A DNA stretch of 64,000 nucleotides from Anthoceros angustus (taxonomy: Eukaryota > Plantae > Anthocerotophyta). The DNA is taken from positions 124,001 to 188,000 of the forward strand of contig VJWM01000193.1 in the NCBI GenBank assembly GCA_010909165.1. The letters are read 5' to 3'. Under the pieces are notes generated by a model. It saw only the letters and a program-made list of their open reading frames with translations, ran no database searches and had not been told where the DNA came from. This document shows, one piece after another, positions 61,592 to 64,000 of this stretch (within the stretch, counting starts at the first letter, position 1; the number at the start of each line of letters is the position of its first letter). The translations under genes were made by a program, and so were the position numbers.

Positions 61592-62809
61592 TCGTACAAC
61601 TCCCTTCAAAACTTTCATATGCCTTTCAAGAAAATACATCCATCGATATCTGGTAGGCCCACATAATTCTATCTTGTGAACCAGGTGTATCACAGCATGG
61701 ACCTGACTTGAAAAAAATGAAGCGAGGAACTCTTGCTCTAGGAGACACGTTACTTCAGCTCCAAACACCTTCATTTCTGGGATCTCCGATATCTTGATTT
61801 CTTTAGAACATATCCACCTGAATAAAGTCCCAAGACCACAAACAGCCTCATGAACGCTTTTAGATTTTAAACCTTTTAATACTAATGTCCGTAAATCACT
61901 TAAAAGTAGATGATCATGTGACTTTAACCCCGATATACTATCCTCATAGTCTTTAGAGAAGCACCGCTTCAAGTTTGATCCATAACCTGTAGGGGGTCGT
62001 AAGGTTGCAATACGGTCTCTCAACTCTGCGTCTGCTTGTTTGAAATTTTTATTTGTATTGCACCCTAAAACCCAAGATGCAAGAGATTCGTACCACACTG
62101 TGCCATCTGAGTCTTCTTGAGGCCACCAACGAGGATTTTTTGTATAAGTAACTTTTAGATCTAGACGGCTACCAAGGGTTTCGCAAATGCCAGTCACATA
62201 TTTCAAGATTTGTTCGCTTACATTCTTCCCAATGTGCATAGGGTCCATCAAGTGACGAATCAACAAATGCTGGGAACACAAAAATAAATTAAAAAAAAAA
62301 TCAAAAGCAGTGAGCCAAAACAAAAGCAAAAAAAGCCTAAACAAAAACCATAGCAAAAGCCTACCTCCCAATATGGAAGCTCCCAAAAAATGGAGGAGAT
62401 ATCACTAGTCACTCAACGGGGCCCTGGATGGCGAATTCTTCTTAAAGTACTCTTATGTTTGATCATGGTAGGGGTTGGTGCTAGGGCTGGGGTCCAAACA
62501 CGCCTCTCTACTTTGCCATTAAACATATCTTTTTCCTCATCACGGAAAGGATGATCATCAGGGAGATGTAGTCTAAAATTGCCATCATAAATCATTTTAT
62601 TTAAATCCTTGGAATTCCTAGCTTGCAAGTTTGTCCAACAAGGAGGGCAAGCACAATATCCCTTCGTTTGAAGCTTAGAAGTAAATGTATACCCTGGATA
62701 ATCATGCATGGTCCATAGTAAAATAGCCTTTGTCACAAATGATTGTCCTGCAGCTCCAATCTGCATAGATGCATCAACTACTTGGACACCCTCTTCCCAT
62801 AATAAATTC

Positions 62810-64000
62810 GCCCAACGGCGTAGCAGTTGTCGAGGTGGAGAACTGCTGGCCTTGCACGCTCTCTCGGTTGGGAATTCAAGAACGGCATACCATAGTTGAT
62901 CTGGCACTTCCGTAAGAGGTGGTGTGACACAGAACAAGTGATAACCCCCGTTGCAACCGTCGCACAGGAGCATGAGCTCTGCGTTATCCACCCTCCTGCA
63001 GATCTGATAGGGGTAGTCTGCTGGTGGGATCCAATCTGCTGTCACGATGTTAGGATCCAAGTTGGGCAAGTGGCAGGGTGCGCAATTCTTCATGTGATCG
63101 GTCATGGTCCTCCCATCTGACCCCTGCAATAGCAAAACGCCATTCCCCCGCATCTCCTTCACCCGGAGCACATGTCTGCTGGTGCTAGTATCCAAGGTAT
63201 CACTGTCATACTGAAGATACAACAAAACGACTGAACTTTGAGCTTGGGCTGAAGCTTCCGCGTGTGCGATATCGTAAGGTATCTCTGTCATGAGTTTAGA
63301 TTTGCCATGGCCATGGGCATCGCTTGCTTGAAGAGGGCTGCCCTTTCGCCTACAATTCAGGCCCATGTGGCTGGACTGTCCAAGTCCACGACCTGGTGCA
63401 TTTGTCGGGCAATGGCACTGGGCAGCATGGGTTCTCTTCCAAACAACAGGAAATATGGCGAGAAATGGGCCAAGGCTGCATGCTTGCTCATGCGATAGCC
63501 CATAGCAATATAAGGGAGGGCCAGGTCCCAATCCGTCTTGGGCATTTGGAGGCATAGCTTGCGGAGCCCTTTCTTAATTATTTGCACCATCCGCCGTACC
63601 ATCGGCTCGAGGATTGTCTCACCGGTTCGGCGGTGATCTATCGGCATCTAGGAGATCTTGGAATTCCATGAACTCGACCCTTGATCCGCTCACTGCACCG
63701 CCAAATCTCCCAACACATTATGCAAGAATGCTTGTGCGGTGCTACGGAACTCTTATCTGGGAGTGCCACTACCTCCACCCACTTGGAGAAGTGTTCCATC
63801 ACTCATCACATACACGCTTGCCTGGGCGCCTCGCGCCTCAATCGTCACATGACCACCAAAAATAGGCCCATAATGGGCAACGGTGCAACTGGGATGTCAA
63901 TGGTGAATGATGTCTTCACCCGATCGCATTGTTCACAACAGGCCACCTGTTGCTTCACTTGCAGGTACATCCCGTGCCAGTAGAAGTGGGGAGTGAGCAA
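62810..64000 (-). mobile_element. Degraded Ty3/Gypsy pol fragment: integrase plus C-terminal PHD finger
   Basis: FYWHGMY..V...CEQCDR (Zn-binding), EHFSKWVEVVALP, DWDLALPYIAMGYR..SPYFLLFGREP (GPY/F), then QIC..VDNAELMLLCDGCNGGYHLFCVTPPLTEVP..LWY. Many frameshifts. Runs off the window end. Confidence 0.85.

Larger units (their letters stand above)
56779..62808 (-). mobile_element. CACTA (En/Spm) DNA transposon, disrupted: TIR at 56779, subterminal repeats, Tnp2 transposase fragments at 60172-62808
   Basis: CACTACTAGGAAAAC terminus. About 20 TTTACAA(C) motifs in both orientations at 56850-57560. Tnp2 motifs LWEEGV, LLWTMHDYPGY..TKGYCACP.C, MDPMHIGKNV, HAVIHLV..ELCGP..RWMYFLERHMKVLK, AEGSMARGY and FLKVKWF. 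Confidence 0.9.

Noticed and set aside
62413-63555. Apparent 380-aa chimeric ORF fusing the Gypsy PHD finger in frame to the CACTA Tnp2 transposase
   Set aside because: The frame continuity depends on a 1-bp deletion that breaks the PHD's last Cys pair, and the ORF start is out of frame with the integrase. Both parents are decayed, so this is an accidental junction rather than a domesticated gene.

Overview
Eukaryotic nuclear DNA from a compact, gene-dense land-plant genome. Short GT-AG introns, PLS-type PPR relics and the plant gene families present suggest a lycophyte such as Selaginella, which is an inference only. Spliced genes: starch synthase II (+), a TBL/PC-esterase O-acetyltransferase (-), F-box actin-related protein ARP8 (-), an AtuA/DUF1446 protein (-) with a decayed tandem copy, a degenerate phosphoglycerate-kinase domain spliced in frame to a TrmB-type tRNA m7G46 methyltransferase (+), TSR1 (-), an At3g15890-like receptor-like cytoplasmic kinase (+), a PP2C (-) and a pseudokinase paralogue of the RLCK (-). 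There is also an intronless, truncated malate-synthase-like ORF (+). The right end is a nested transposon block: a CACTA element with TIR, subterminal repeats and Tnp2 transposase, an LTR-like insert, and a Gypsy integrase carrying a PHD finger. The most unusual items are the pseudo-PGK::TrmB fusion with a stop-coupled linker intron, two tRNA-shaped Pol III-like elements with a scrambled anticodon arm, a long foldback at ~5 kb, a relic RLE-type non-LTR retrotransposon, and the probably catalytically dead malate synthase. Many near-identical tandem duplications and 1-bp indels suggest some residual assembly error. Exon boundaries were read by eye and family assignments come from recalled motifs, not database searches.
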